Under the pieces are notes generated by a model, which did no database searches, was not told the origin of the DNA, and saw only the letters and a program-made list of their open reading frames with translations. Shown here piece by piece: positions 1-11,200 of a DNA stretch of 64,000 nucleotides. Made by a program: the position numbers and the translations under genes. The DNA lies in assembly GCF_009914755.1 (NCBI RefSeq), contig NC_060943.1; one strand, given 5' to 3'. Each line of letters starts with the position of its first letter. The first letter of the stretch is position 1. Source of the DNA: the human T2T-CHM13v2.0 reference genome, Homo sapiens.

Positions 1-3000
1 CCAATTAAAATGCATGGGGTCTCCTAGGATCTCCATTATTAGAATGCCTGAGGTCGCCCAGGTATTTCTATCATTAGAATACCTCATGTCTGCCAGGAGT
101 CTTTCTGATTAGAATTCCTCGGGTGGCTCAGGTATCTTTCTCATTAAAATGCCTGGGGTCAGCCAAATGTCTCTCACATTAGAATGCCTGGGGTCGATAA
201 CGTGTATCTATCATTAGAATGTCTGGGGTCGGCTGGGAGTCTTGCCCAGTAAAAAGCCTGGGGTCACCCAGGTGTTTCTATTATTAGACTGCCTGGGTTC
301 AGCTGCAAGTCTCTCCCATTAAAATGCTTGGGGTCGCTCAGGTGTCTCTTCATTAGACTGCCTGGTGTTGACCAGAAATCTGTATCATTAAAATGTCTCA
401 GGTCGTCCATGTGTCTTTATAATTAGACTGACAGAAGTTGGCAAGAGTTCCTCCCGTTAGAATGCCTGGCATCACCAAGGATTCTCTATTATTAGACTTC
501 CTGGGGTAGGCCAGGACTGTCTCCTAATAGAATGCCTGAGGTTACCCAGGTGTCTTTATAATTAGAGTGCATTTCATCAGCAAGGACTCTCTGCCATTAT
601 AATACCTGTGTTTACCCAGGTGACTCTCACTTGAGAGTGCCTGGAGTTGGCCAAAAGTCTGTCTCATTAGAATGCCTAGGGTGGGTCAGTAGTCTCTTTC
701 ATTAGAATGTGGGGTCGCCCAGGTATCTCTATCATTAAACTGCCTGGGGTTGGCTGGGAATCTCTTCCATTAGAATGCCTGGGGTCACCCAGGTGTCTCT
801 ATAATTAGACTGCCTGGGGTCAGCCAGGAGTCTCTCCCAAAAGAGTGCCTTGGGTCAGCCGAGAGTCTCTCATATTAGAATGCCTGGGTTTGCCAAGATG
901 TCTCTATTATTAGAATGCCTGGGTTTGGCCAGAATTCTCTCCTATTAAGATACCTGGGGTCACCCAGGTGCCTCTATCATCATTAGACTGCCAGGAGTCA
1001 GCCAAAAGTCTGTCTTATTAGAGTGCTTGGGGTCACCCAAGTGCCTCTATAATTAGACGACATGGTGTCAGCTAGGTGCCTTTCCCATTAAAATGCCTGG
1101 TGTTGCCCGACTGTCTCTATTTTTTGACTGCCTGGGGTAGGCTGGGAGTCTCCACAGTAGAAAGCCTGTGGTTGACAGGGAGTCTTCTTAGAATGCCTGA
1201 GTTCCTGTAGGTGTCTTTATCATTAGACTGCCTTGGGTCAGCCGAAATTATCTCCAATTAAAACGCCTGGGTTCGCCCAGGCGTCTCTATAATTAGACTG
1301 CCTGGGATCATCCAGGAGTCTCTAAGAGAATGCCTGGAGCGGCCCAGGTGTCTCTATCTTTAAAGTGCCTGGTGTCAGCCAGGAGTGTCTCTCATGAGAT
1401 TGCCTAGTGTCCATTGGAAGTTTCTCTTATCAAAATGCCTTATGTCGTCCAGGTGTCTCTATCATTAGAATGCCTATGGTTGGCATGGAGTCTCTCCCCT
1501 TAAAATGTCTGTGGTTGGCCAGGTTTCTCTATTATTAGTCTGGCTAAAACCGGCCATGTGTATCTTACATTAGCATGCCTGGGTCACCCAGATGTCGCTA
1601 TTTTTAGACTCCCTCGGTTCAGCTGGGAATGTCTCCCAATACAATGCCTGCAGTCGCCCAGGTTTCTCTATAATTAGAATGACTTTGGTCAGCCAAGAGT
1701 CTCTACCATTAGAATGTCTGTGGTCCCCCGGGTGACTCTAACCTTAGACTGCCTGCAGTCAGCCAGGGTCTCTTCCATTAGAATGCCCAAAGTGGGTCAG
1801 GAGTCTCTCCTATTAGAATGCGGGGTTGCCCTGGTGTCCCTATCATTAGACTTTATGGAATCGGCTGGAAAGTCTCTCTCTTTAGAATTCCTGGGTTCAT
1901 CCAGGTGTCTCTATCATTAGATGGCCTGGCATCAGCCGGGAATCTCTCCTATTAGAATGTCTGAAGTTGCCCAAGTATCTATTTTTAGACTGCCTGTGTT
2001 CAGCCAGGAGTCTTTCCCATTAAAATGTCTGGAGTCGCCCAGGTGTCTCTATCATTAGACTGTCCGGGTTTGGCCACCAGTCTCTCCCATTAGAATGCTT
2101 GGGATCACCCATGTGTCTCTATTATTGAACTATCTGGTGTCAGCTGGAATTCTTTCCATTAAAATGCCTTGGGTCTCCCATGTGTCTCTATAATTAAACT
2201 GGCAGAAGTCAGTGGGAGTTTCTCCCGTTAGAATGCCTGGGGTCGCCCAGGAGTCTCTATTATTAGACTGCCTGAGGTAGGCCAGGACTGTCTCCCAGTA
2301 GAATGCCTGGGGTCACCCAGGTGTCTTTATAATTAGAGTGTATTTGGTCATCGAGGAGTCTCTGCCAGTAGAATGCTTGTTTGCCCAGGTGACTCTAACC
2401 TGAGAGTGCCTGCAGTAGGCAAAAGTTATCTCTCATTAGAATGCTGGGGTGGATCAGGAGTCTCTTCCATTAGAATGTGGGGTTGCCCAAGTGTCTCTAT
2501 CATTAAACCACCTGGGGTTGGCCAGGAGTCTTTCCCATTAGAATGCCTGGGGTCACCCAGTTGTCTCTATAATTAGACTGCCTGGGATCAGGCAGGATTC
2601 TCTCCTGAGAGGATGCCTTGTGTCTGCCGGGAATCTCTCATATTAGAATGTATGGATTCGCCAAAATGTATCTATTGTTAGAATGCCTGGAGTCGTCTGG
2701 GATTCTATCCTATTAAGACGTCTGGGTCGCCCAGGTGTCTCTATCATTAGACTGCCATGGTTCAGCTGAGAGTCTCTCTTATTAGAATGTCTGGGGCAAC
2801 CCAAGAGTCTCTAAAATTAGCCTGCCTGTTGTCGGCCAGATGTCTTTCCCATTAAAATGCCTGGTGTTACCTGAGTGTCTCTATTTTTAGACTGCCTGGG
2901 GTCAGCTGGGTCTCTCCCATTAGAATGCCTGGGGTCAACAAGGTGTCTTCATCATTAGACTGCCGGGGGCAAGCTGGGAGTCTCCTTTATTAAAATGCCT

Positions 3001-3032
3001 GAGTTGCCCAGATGTCTCTACAATTAAACTGC

Positions 3033-3323
3033 TCAATTTTGTCCCTGGGTGCTCGAGACTGGAGAATGGCGATGACTTTTACCAAGCATACTTCCTGCAA
3101 ACACATTTTTAACAAAGCACATCCTGCACAGCCCTAAATCCATTAAACCTTGAGTCAACACAGCACATGTTTCTGTGAGCACATGGTTGGGGCTAGGGTT
3201 ACAGATTAACAGCATCTCAAGAAAGAAGAATTTTTCTTAGTACAGAACAAAATGGAGTTTCTTACGCCTTCTTCTTTCTACATAGACACAGTAACAGTCT
3301 GATCTCTCTTTCTTTCCCCCACA
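3033..3323 (-). mobile_element. HERV-K(HML-2) LTR5-type LTR, 5' ~290 bp only (U3 fragment; probably the older LTR5A/B)
   Basis: Reverse complement starts TGTGGGGGAAAGAAAGAGAGATCAGACTGTTACTGTGTCTATGTAGAAAG and continues CTCCATTTTGTTCTGTACTAAGAAAAATTC...CCCAGGGACA, matching the LTR5 5' end. The TG terminus abuts satellite at 3323. Confidence 0.85.
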
Positions 3324-3794
3324 GTGTCTTCCATTAGAATGCCTAAAGTCACGCAACTGTCTCTATCCTTAGACTGCCTGGGTTCAGTCAGGAGTCTCTC
3401 ACATTAAAATGCTTCCCTTTAGAATGCTCAAAATTGGCCAGGAGAATCTCCCATTAAAATGCCTGGAGTCACCCTGGTGTCTCTATCATTAGAATGCCTG
3501 GGTTCAGCCAGGAATCTCTCCCATTAGAATTCCTGGGGTCACCCATGTGTCTCTATAATTAGACTGCCTGGGTAGGCAAGGAGTCTCTCCTGTTAGAATG
3601 CCTTGGGTCAGCCTAAAGTCTCTTTCATTAGAATGACTGTGATCGTTCAGGTGTCTCTATAATTTGACCACCTGTGGTTGGTCAGGGACTTTCCCTATTA
3701 AAATGCCTGAAGTCAACTAGGTGTCTCCATTATTAGACAGCCCGAGGTCGGCCAGGAATCTCTCCCATTAGAATGCCTGAAGTCAGCCAGGAGG

Positions 3795-4076
3795 TTTTGT
3801 TTGTTTTTATTTTTGCTTTTATGGAGTCTCACTGTCTTCAGTCTGGAATGCAATGGCATGATCTCGGCTCACTGCAAACTCCACCTCCAGGGTTCACTCT
3901 CCCGAGTAGCTGGGACTACAGGCACAGGCCACCACACCCAGCTAATTTTTGTATTTCTAGTAGAGACAGGTTTTCACCATGTTGGCCAGGATGGTATCAA
4001 TCTCTTGCACTCGTGATCCACCCCTCTCAGCCTCCAAAAGTGCTGAGATTACAGGCATGGGCCACTGCGCCCAGCC
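3795..4076 (-). mobile_element. Alu (AluSc-like), with a ~20-bp internal deletion in the right arm
   Basis: Degenerate T-rich tail, then GGAGTCTCACT...GTAGCTGGGACTACAGG...GGCCAGGATGGTATCAATCTCTTG..CTCGTGATCC...GATTACAGGCATG..CCACTGCGCCCAGCC. The CTCTTG and CTCGTGAT positions resemble AluSc. Confidence 0.92.
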
Positions 4077-4721
4077 AGGAGTCTGTTTGTTTAGATTGCC
4101 TTGGGTTGCCCAGTTGTCTCTGTCACTAGCCTGCTGGTCTCGGCCGAGAGTCTCTCCCATTATAGAGACGTTAATGTGTCTCTATAATTAGACTGCCTTG
4201 GGCCCGCTTGGTGTCTCTCACATTAGAATGCCTCGGGTCTCCCAGGTGTCTCTGTCATTAGCCTCCCTGGGGTCGGTGAGGAATCTCTCATATTAGAATG
4301 CTTGGGCTCCCAAAGGTGTCTCTGTAAGACTACTGTCAGCCAGGAGTCTCTCCCATTAGAATGCCTGGGGTCACTTGGGATTCTCTCCCATTAAATTACC
4401 TGTGGTGGCTCAGGTGTCTCTATCATTAGAATGCCTCGGGTTGGCTGGAAGTCTCTACCATTTTAAGGCCTGGGGTCGCCAAGGTGTCTCCATCATTAGA
4501 ATACCTGGAGTCGATAAGGAGTCTCTCCCATTAGAATGCCTAGAGTGTGCCAGGAGTCTCTCCCATTAAAATGCCTGAGGTCGCCCAGGTGTCTCTATCA
4601 TTAGACTGCCTGGGGTCAACCAGGAGTCTCTCCCATTAGAATGCCTGTGGTCCATCAGGTGTCGCTATCATTAGAGTGCCTTTGTTCAGCAGGAAGTCTC
4701 TCTCCTTAGAATTCCTGGGGT

Positions 4722-4992
4722 TGTAATCCAAGCACTTTGGGAGGCCGAGGGCAGTGGATCACCTGACGTCAGGAGATCAAGAGCAGCCTGGCTAACATGG
4801 TGAAACCCTGTCTCTACTAAAAATACAAAAATTAGTTGGATGCAGTGGCACACATCATTAATCCCAGCTACTTGGGGGGCTGAGGCAAAAGAATCACTTG
4901 AACCCAGAAAATGGAAGTTGCAGTGAGTTGAGATTGTGTCACTCTATTTTAGCTTCTGTGACAAAATGAGACTCTGTCTCAAAAAAAAAAAA
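4722..4992 (+). mobile_element. Alu (AluS, Sx-like), 5'-truncated by ~20 nt
   Basis: TGTAATCCAAGCACTTTGGGAGGCCGAGG...CTACTAAAAATACAAAAATTAG...GAGACTCTGTCTC then A12. Degenerate TSD-like flanks GAATTCCTGGGGT and AAATGCCTGAGGT. Confidence 0.93.
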
Positions 4993-5256
4993 TGCCTGAG
5001 GTCGGCCTGGAGTCTCTCCAATAATGATGCCTGGGGTCGCCCAGGTGTCTCTATCACAATAAAGCCTGGGGTCGACCGGGAGTCTCTCGTGTTAGAATGT
5101 CTGGAGTTGCGGAGGTGTCTCTATCATTACAATGCCTGGGCTCAGCCAGGAGTCTCTCCCATTAGAATGCCTGAAGTCACCCAAGTGTCTCTATCCTTAG
5201 ACTGCCTGAGGTGGGCCAAAGGTCTCTCCCATTAGAATGCCTGGATTGGCCTGGAG

Positions 5257-8200
5257 TATTTTCACAGATAGATTGTTTCTAGTTTTTCTTGAGGAATATT
5301 CAGTTTCTCACAATAGACCTCAATGTGCTCAGAAATGTCCCTTCACAGATTCTACAAAGCAGTGCTTTTAGCCCATTGAATCAAAACACAGGTTCCATTC
5401 GGTGAGATGAATCCACACATTACAAAGCATTTTCACGTGTAGCTTGTTTCTAATTTTCATCGTGGGAAATTTGGTTTTTCACTAAAGGCTGCAATGGGCT
5501 CAGAAATGTCTTTTCATAGGTTCTACAAAAAGAGTGTTTACAATGTGTTGAATGAAAACATAGGTTTAACTCTATGAGATGAATCCACACATCACAAAGC
5601 ATTTTCACAGAAAATTTCTTTTTAGTTTTTATCGTGAGATATTTGTTTCTTTACTATAGGATTCAAAGGGCTCAGAAATGTCTTTTTGTATATTCTACAA
5701 AAAAAGTGTTTTCAAACTGTTGAATCAAAACAAAGGATTAACTCTGTGACATGAATCCACACATCATAAAACGTTTCCACAGATAGCTTGTTTCCAGTTT
5801 GTATTGTGAGATACCCATTTTTCCAAATATGCCTCAGTGAGCTCAGAAATGTTTCTTCATAGATTCTACAAAAAAAGTTTCCAACCTGTTGAATTAAAAC
5901 AAAGTTTTAAGCCTTTGATATGAATCCACACATTGCAAAACGTTTTCACAGATAGCTGCTTTCTAGTTTTTATCACGGGATATTAGCTTTTTCACAATAG
6001 GTTTCAATGGGCTCAGAAATGTCCCTTCGTAGATTCTACAAAAAAAGTTTCCAATCTGTGGAATTAAAACAGTTTTAACTCTGTGCATTAAATCTACACA
6101 TCGGAAATTATTTTCACAGATATCTTGTTTCTAAATTTTAGGTGGGATATTTTGTTATTCACTATAAGCCTTAATGAGCTCAGAAACGTCCCTTTGTAAA
6201 TTCTACAAAAAAAAAAGCTTTTCCAAGGTGTTGAATAAAAACAAAAGTTTAATTTTGAGAGCTGAATTAACATATTACAAAACGTTTTCACGGATAGTTT
6301 GTTTCTAGTTTATATTGTAGAAAATTTAATTTTTTACTATAAGCATCAACGGGTTCAGAAATATCCATTTCTAGATACTACAAAAAGAGTGATTTCAACG
6401 TTTTAAATCAAAACAAAGGTTTTACTCTGTGATATGAAACCACACATCACAAACATTTTCCCAGATAGTTTGTTTCTAGTTTTTATCATGGGATATTCCG
6501 TTTTTTACTAAAGACCTCAATGGGCTCAGGACTGTCCCTAAGTAGATTTTACAGGAAGAGTGTTTTGAACCTGTTGAAACAAAACAAAGGTTAACGTCTG
6601 TGAGATGAATCCACACATCACAAAGCATTTTCACAGAAACCCTGTTTCTGGTTTTTATCACAGGAAATTTGGTTTTTCATGATAGGTTTAAAAGGACAAA
6701 GAAACGTACTGTCATAGATTCTGCTAAAAAAGTCGTTCCAACCTGTTGAATCAAAACATAGGTTAAATGCTGTGAGATAAATCCACATATACCAAAGCAT
6801 TTTCAAAGATAGCTTGTTTCTAATTTTTATCACAGAATATTTGGTTTTTCACAGTAGGCCTCAATGGGCTCAGAAATGTACCTCTGTAGATTCTACAAAA
6901 AGTGTTTCCAACCTTGTGAATCAAAACACAGGTGCCATTCAGTTAGATGAATGCACACATCACAAAACATTTTCACATACAGCTTGTCTCTAGTTTTTAT
7001 TGTGGGATATTAGTTTCTTACTATAGGTCTCAAAAAGCTAAGAAATTTCTATTTGTAGATTCTAAAAAATAGTGTTTCCAATGTGTTGAATAAAAACAAT
7101 GGTTTAACTTTGTGAGATGAATCTATACATCACAAAGTATTTTCACAGATAGGTTGTTTCAAGTTTTTACCATGGGATAATTGATTTTTCACAATAGGCC
7201 TCAATGGGCTCTGAAATGTCCCTTCGTAGATTCTACAAAAAGTGTGTTTCCAACTGGGTGAATCAAAATACAGGTTCCATTTGGTGAGATGAATCCACAC
7301 ATCACAAACATTCCACACGTATCTTGTTTCTAGTTTCTATTTCAGGATATGTGGTTTTTCACTATACTTCTCAATGAGCTCAGAAATGTTTTTTCATAGA
7401 TTCTACAGAGAGAGTGTTTCCAACATGTTGAATCAAAACAATGGTTTAACTTTGTGAGATAAACCCACACATCACAAAGCATTTTCACACATAGCTGGTT
7501 TCCAGCGTTTGTTCAAGAAATTCAGTTTTTCACTGTAGGCCACAATGGGCTCAGATATGTCTCTTTTTAGACCTTTTATTTTCCACAAAAAGAGAGTTTC
7601 CAACCTGATGAATCAATACAAAGATTCATCTCTGTGAGATGAATCACATTTCTCAAAGCATTTCCATATTTAGGTTGTTTCTAGTTTTTACCACAGGATC
7701 CTTTGTTTTTCAATACAGGCCTCGATGGGCTCATAAATGTTCCTTCATAGATTCTACAAATAGAAGGTTTCAGTCCTGATGATTTACAATGCAGGTTTAA
7801 TTCAGTGAGAAGAATCCACACATCATAAAACTTTTTCACAGCGTATTTCTAGTTTTTATCATTGGATAGTCGGTTTGTCACTGTAGACTTCAATGAGTTC
7901 AGAAATATCCCTTCATAGATTCTACAAAAATAGTGTTTCCAGCATCTTGAATCAAAATGCATTTTTCATTCAGTGAGATAAATACAGACATCAAAAAACA
8001 TTTTCACAGAAAGCTTGTTTCTAATTTTTGTCAGGGGATATTCTGTTTTTCACTAAGTCTCAACGGGCTTCGATATGTCCCATCATAGATACTTCAAAAA
8101 TTGTGTTTTCAACCTGTTGAATCAAAACAAATGTTGAACTCTCTGACATGAAACCTCACATGGCAAAGCATGTTTACACATACCATGTTTCTAGCTTTTA

Positions 8201-11200
8201 TCATACAATTTTTTATTTTTTCACTGTATGCACCATGGGCTCAGAAATGTCTTTTTGTAGTTTCTACAAAAAGAGTGTTTCCAATCTGTTGATAAAAGCA
8301 AAAGTTTAACTATGTGAGATGAATCCACACATCACAGAGCATTGTCACAGATAGCTTGTTTCTAGTTATTATGGGTTATCCAGTTTTTCACTCTAGGCTA
8401 CAATAAGTTAAGAAGTGTTTTTTCATAGATTTTACAAGGAATATGATTCCAACATTTTGAATCAAAACAAAGGTTTCATTCTGTGAGATAAATCCGTATA
8501 CCACAAAGTATTTTTATAAATAGCTTCTTTCTAGTTTTAGTTGTGTGATATTTGGGTTTTCACACTAGGCCTCAATGGGCTAAGAAATGTTCCTTCATAG
8601 ATTTTACAAAGAACCTGGTTTTAACCTGTTGAATCAAAATAAAGGTTTAACTCTGTGAGAAATATCCACCCTTCACGAAGCATTTTCATGTATAGTTTCT
8701 TTCTAGTTTCATGGTGGAATATTCAGTTTTTCAGTATAGGTTTCAAAGGCTCAGAAATTTCTCTTTGTAGTTCTATAAAAAGAGTATTTTCAATTTGTTG
8801 AATCAAAACATAGGTTTAACTCTGTGAGATAAATCCACTCATCACAAAACATTTTCACGTATAGCTTGTTTCTAGTTTATATTGCAGTATATTTGTTTTT
8901 TCACTATAGGCCTTAATGGTCTTTGAAATTGTCCCTTCATATATTCTACACTAAGAGTATTTCCAACCTGTTGAATCAAAACAAAGATTTTACTCTGAGA
9001 TAACTCCACCCATCACAAAGCATTTTCATACATACCTAGTTTCCAGTTTTTATTTCAGGATATTCGGTTTTACTCTATAAACCAGAATAAGCTCAGAAAT
9101 GTCTTTTCATAGATTCTACAAAAAGAATGCTTTCAACCTGTTGAATAAAACAAAGGTTTAACTTCATGAGATGAATCCACCTAATGCAAAGCATTTTCAC
9201 AGATAGCTTGTTTCTAGTTCTTACCATGAGATAATCAATTTAATATAGGCCTCAACGGGCTTAGAAATATCCTTTGGTAGATTCCACAAAAAGAGTTTTT
9301 CCAACCAGCTGAATCAAAACACAGGTTCCATGTGGTGAGATGAATCCAAAGATCACAAATCGTTTTCACAGGTAGGTTGTTTCTAGTTTTTATCACAGAA
9401 TATTCTGTTGTTCACTATAGGCCTCGATGGCCTCGGAAATGTCCCTTCATAGATTCTAAAAAAAAGTGTTTCCAACCCAGTGAATCACAACACAAGATCC
9501 ATTCAGTGAGAAGAATCCCCATATAACAAAGCATTTTCACAGAGAGCTTGTTTGTACTTTGCATAGCGGGATATTCAGTTTCTCACCTTACATCTCGATA
9601 AGCTCAAAAACGTCTCTTCATAGATTCTACATAAAGAATGTTTTCAACCAGTTGAATCAAATCAAAAATTTAACACTGTGAGATAAATCCACAAATCAAA
9701 AAGCATTTTCATAGGTAGTTTGTTTCTACTACCTATTTATCAGGGGATGCTTGGTTTTTCACTACAAGTCTCAATGGGCTCAGAAATGATGTCCCTTCAT
9801 AGATTCTAAAAAAAAAAAAAAAAAAAAAAAAGAGTGTTTACCACCTGTTGAATCAAAATTAAAATTTTACTCTATGAGATAAATCTACACCTTGCAATGC
9901 ATTTTCATTGATAGATTCTTTTTAGTTTATATCATGAGATATTTGATTTTTTACTACAGGCCTCAATGGTCTCGGAAACATCCCTTTGTAGATTCTACAA
10001 AGAAAGGATTTCCAACCTGTTAAGTCAAAACAAAGATTTAACTCTGTGAGATAAAACCATGCATCGCAAAGCATTTCACAGATAGCTTGTTCCTAGTTCT
10101 TTTCGTGGAATATTCATTTTTTCACTATAGCCCTCAATAAGCTTAGAAATGTTCCTTTGTAGATTTTACAAAAAAGTGATTTCAGTCTAACGAATTAGAA
10201 CAAGGCTTTAACTCAGTGAGACAAATCCAGATGTTAAAAAGCATTTTCTCAGATAGCTTGTTTCTAGTTTTATAATGGGATATTTCATTTTTCACTATAG
10301 GCCTCAATGGTCTCATAAATATCCCTTTGTAGATTCTACAATAAGAGTGTTTCCAACTTGTTGAACCAAAACACAGGTTTGATTCGGTGAGACAAATTCA
10401 CAGCTTTCAAAGTATTTTCACAGAAAGCTTGTTTCTAGTTTCTATAGTGCAATATTCGAGTTTTCACAGTAAGCCTCAATGGGCTCAGAAATGACTCTTC
10501 ATTGATCCTACAAAAAGAGTCTATCCAACTTGAATCAAAACGCAGGTTTCATTCAGTGGGATAAATCCACACATCACAAAACATATTCGCAGATAACTTG
10601 TTTCTACTTTTTATCGTGGGATATTCAGATCTTCACTATAGGCCTTCATGCACTCAGTAATGTCTCTTCTAGATTCTAAAAAAGAATGTTTCCAACTTGC
10701 TTAATCAAAACCAAGGTTTAACTCTGTGTGATGAATCCACACATCACAAAGCGTTTTAATTGATAACTTGTTTTTAGTTTAAATATTTGAATTTTCACTA
10801 TAGGCCTCAATAGACTCAGAAATGTCTCTTTGTAGATTCTATATAGAGTGTTTTCAACCTGTTGAATAAAAAAAAAGTTTAACTCTGTGAGATAAATCCA
10901 CACATTGCAAAGCATTTTCACAGAGAGCTTGTTTTTAGTTTGTGTCACAGAATATTCACTTTTTCACTATAGACCTCAAAGGGCTCAAAAATGTTTCTTC
11001 ATAGATTGTAAATAAAAGTGTTTCAAACCTAGTGAATCAAAACACAGGTTTTATTTAGTCAAATGAATTAATACATTACAAAGCATTTTCACAGATAGCT
11101 TCTTTCTTGTTTTTAACATGGGATATTTTGTTTTTCACTAAAGGCCTCAATGGTCTCAGAAATGTCCCTTTCTAGATTCTACAAAAGGAGTGTTTCCAAC

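Larger units (their letters stand above)
1..5256. repeat. 35-bp satellite (HSAT4-like), block 1; 70-bp dimeric substructure
   Basis: Tandem units alternating CCATTAGAATGCCTGGGGTCGCCCAGGTGTCTCTA and TCATTAGACTGCCTGGGGTCAGCCAGGAGTCTCTC, visibly diverged. Interrupted by an LTR fragment and two Alus. The name HSAT4 is from recalled consensus. Confidence 0.88.

Noticed and set aside
3033-3323. SVA element
   Set aside because: There is no hexamer, VNTR, Alu-like region, env-derived segment or poly(A); the sequence starts exactly at the LTR TG.
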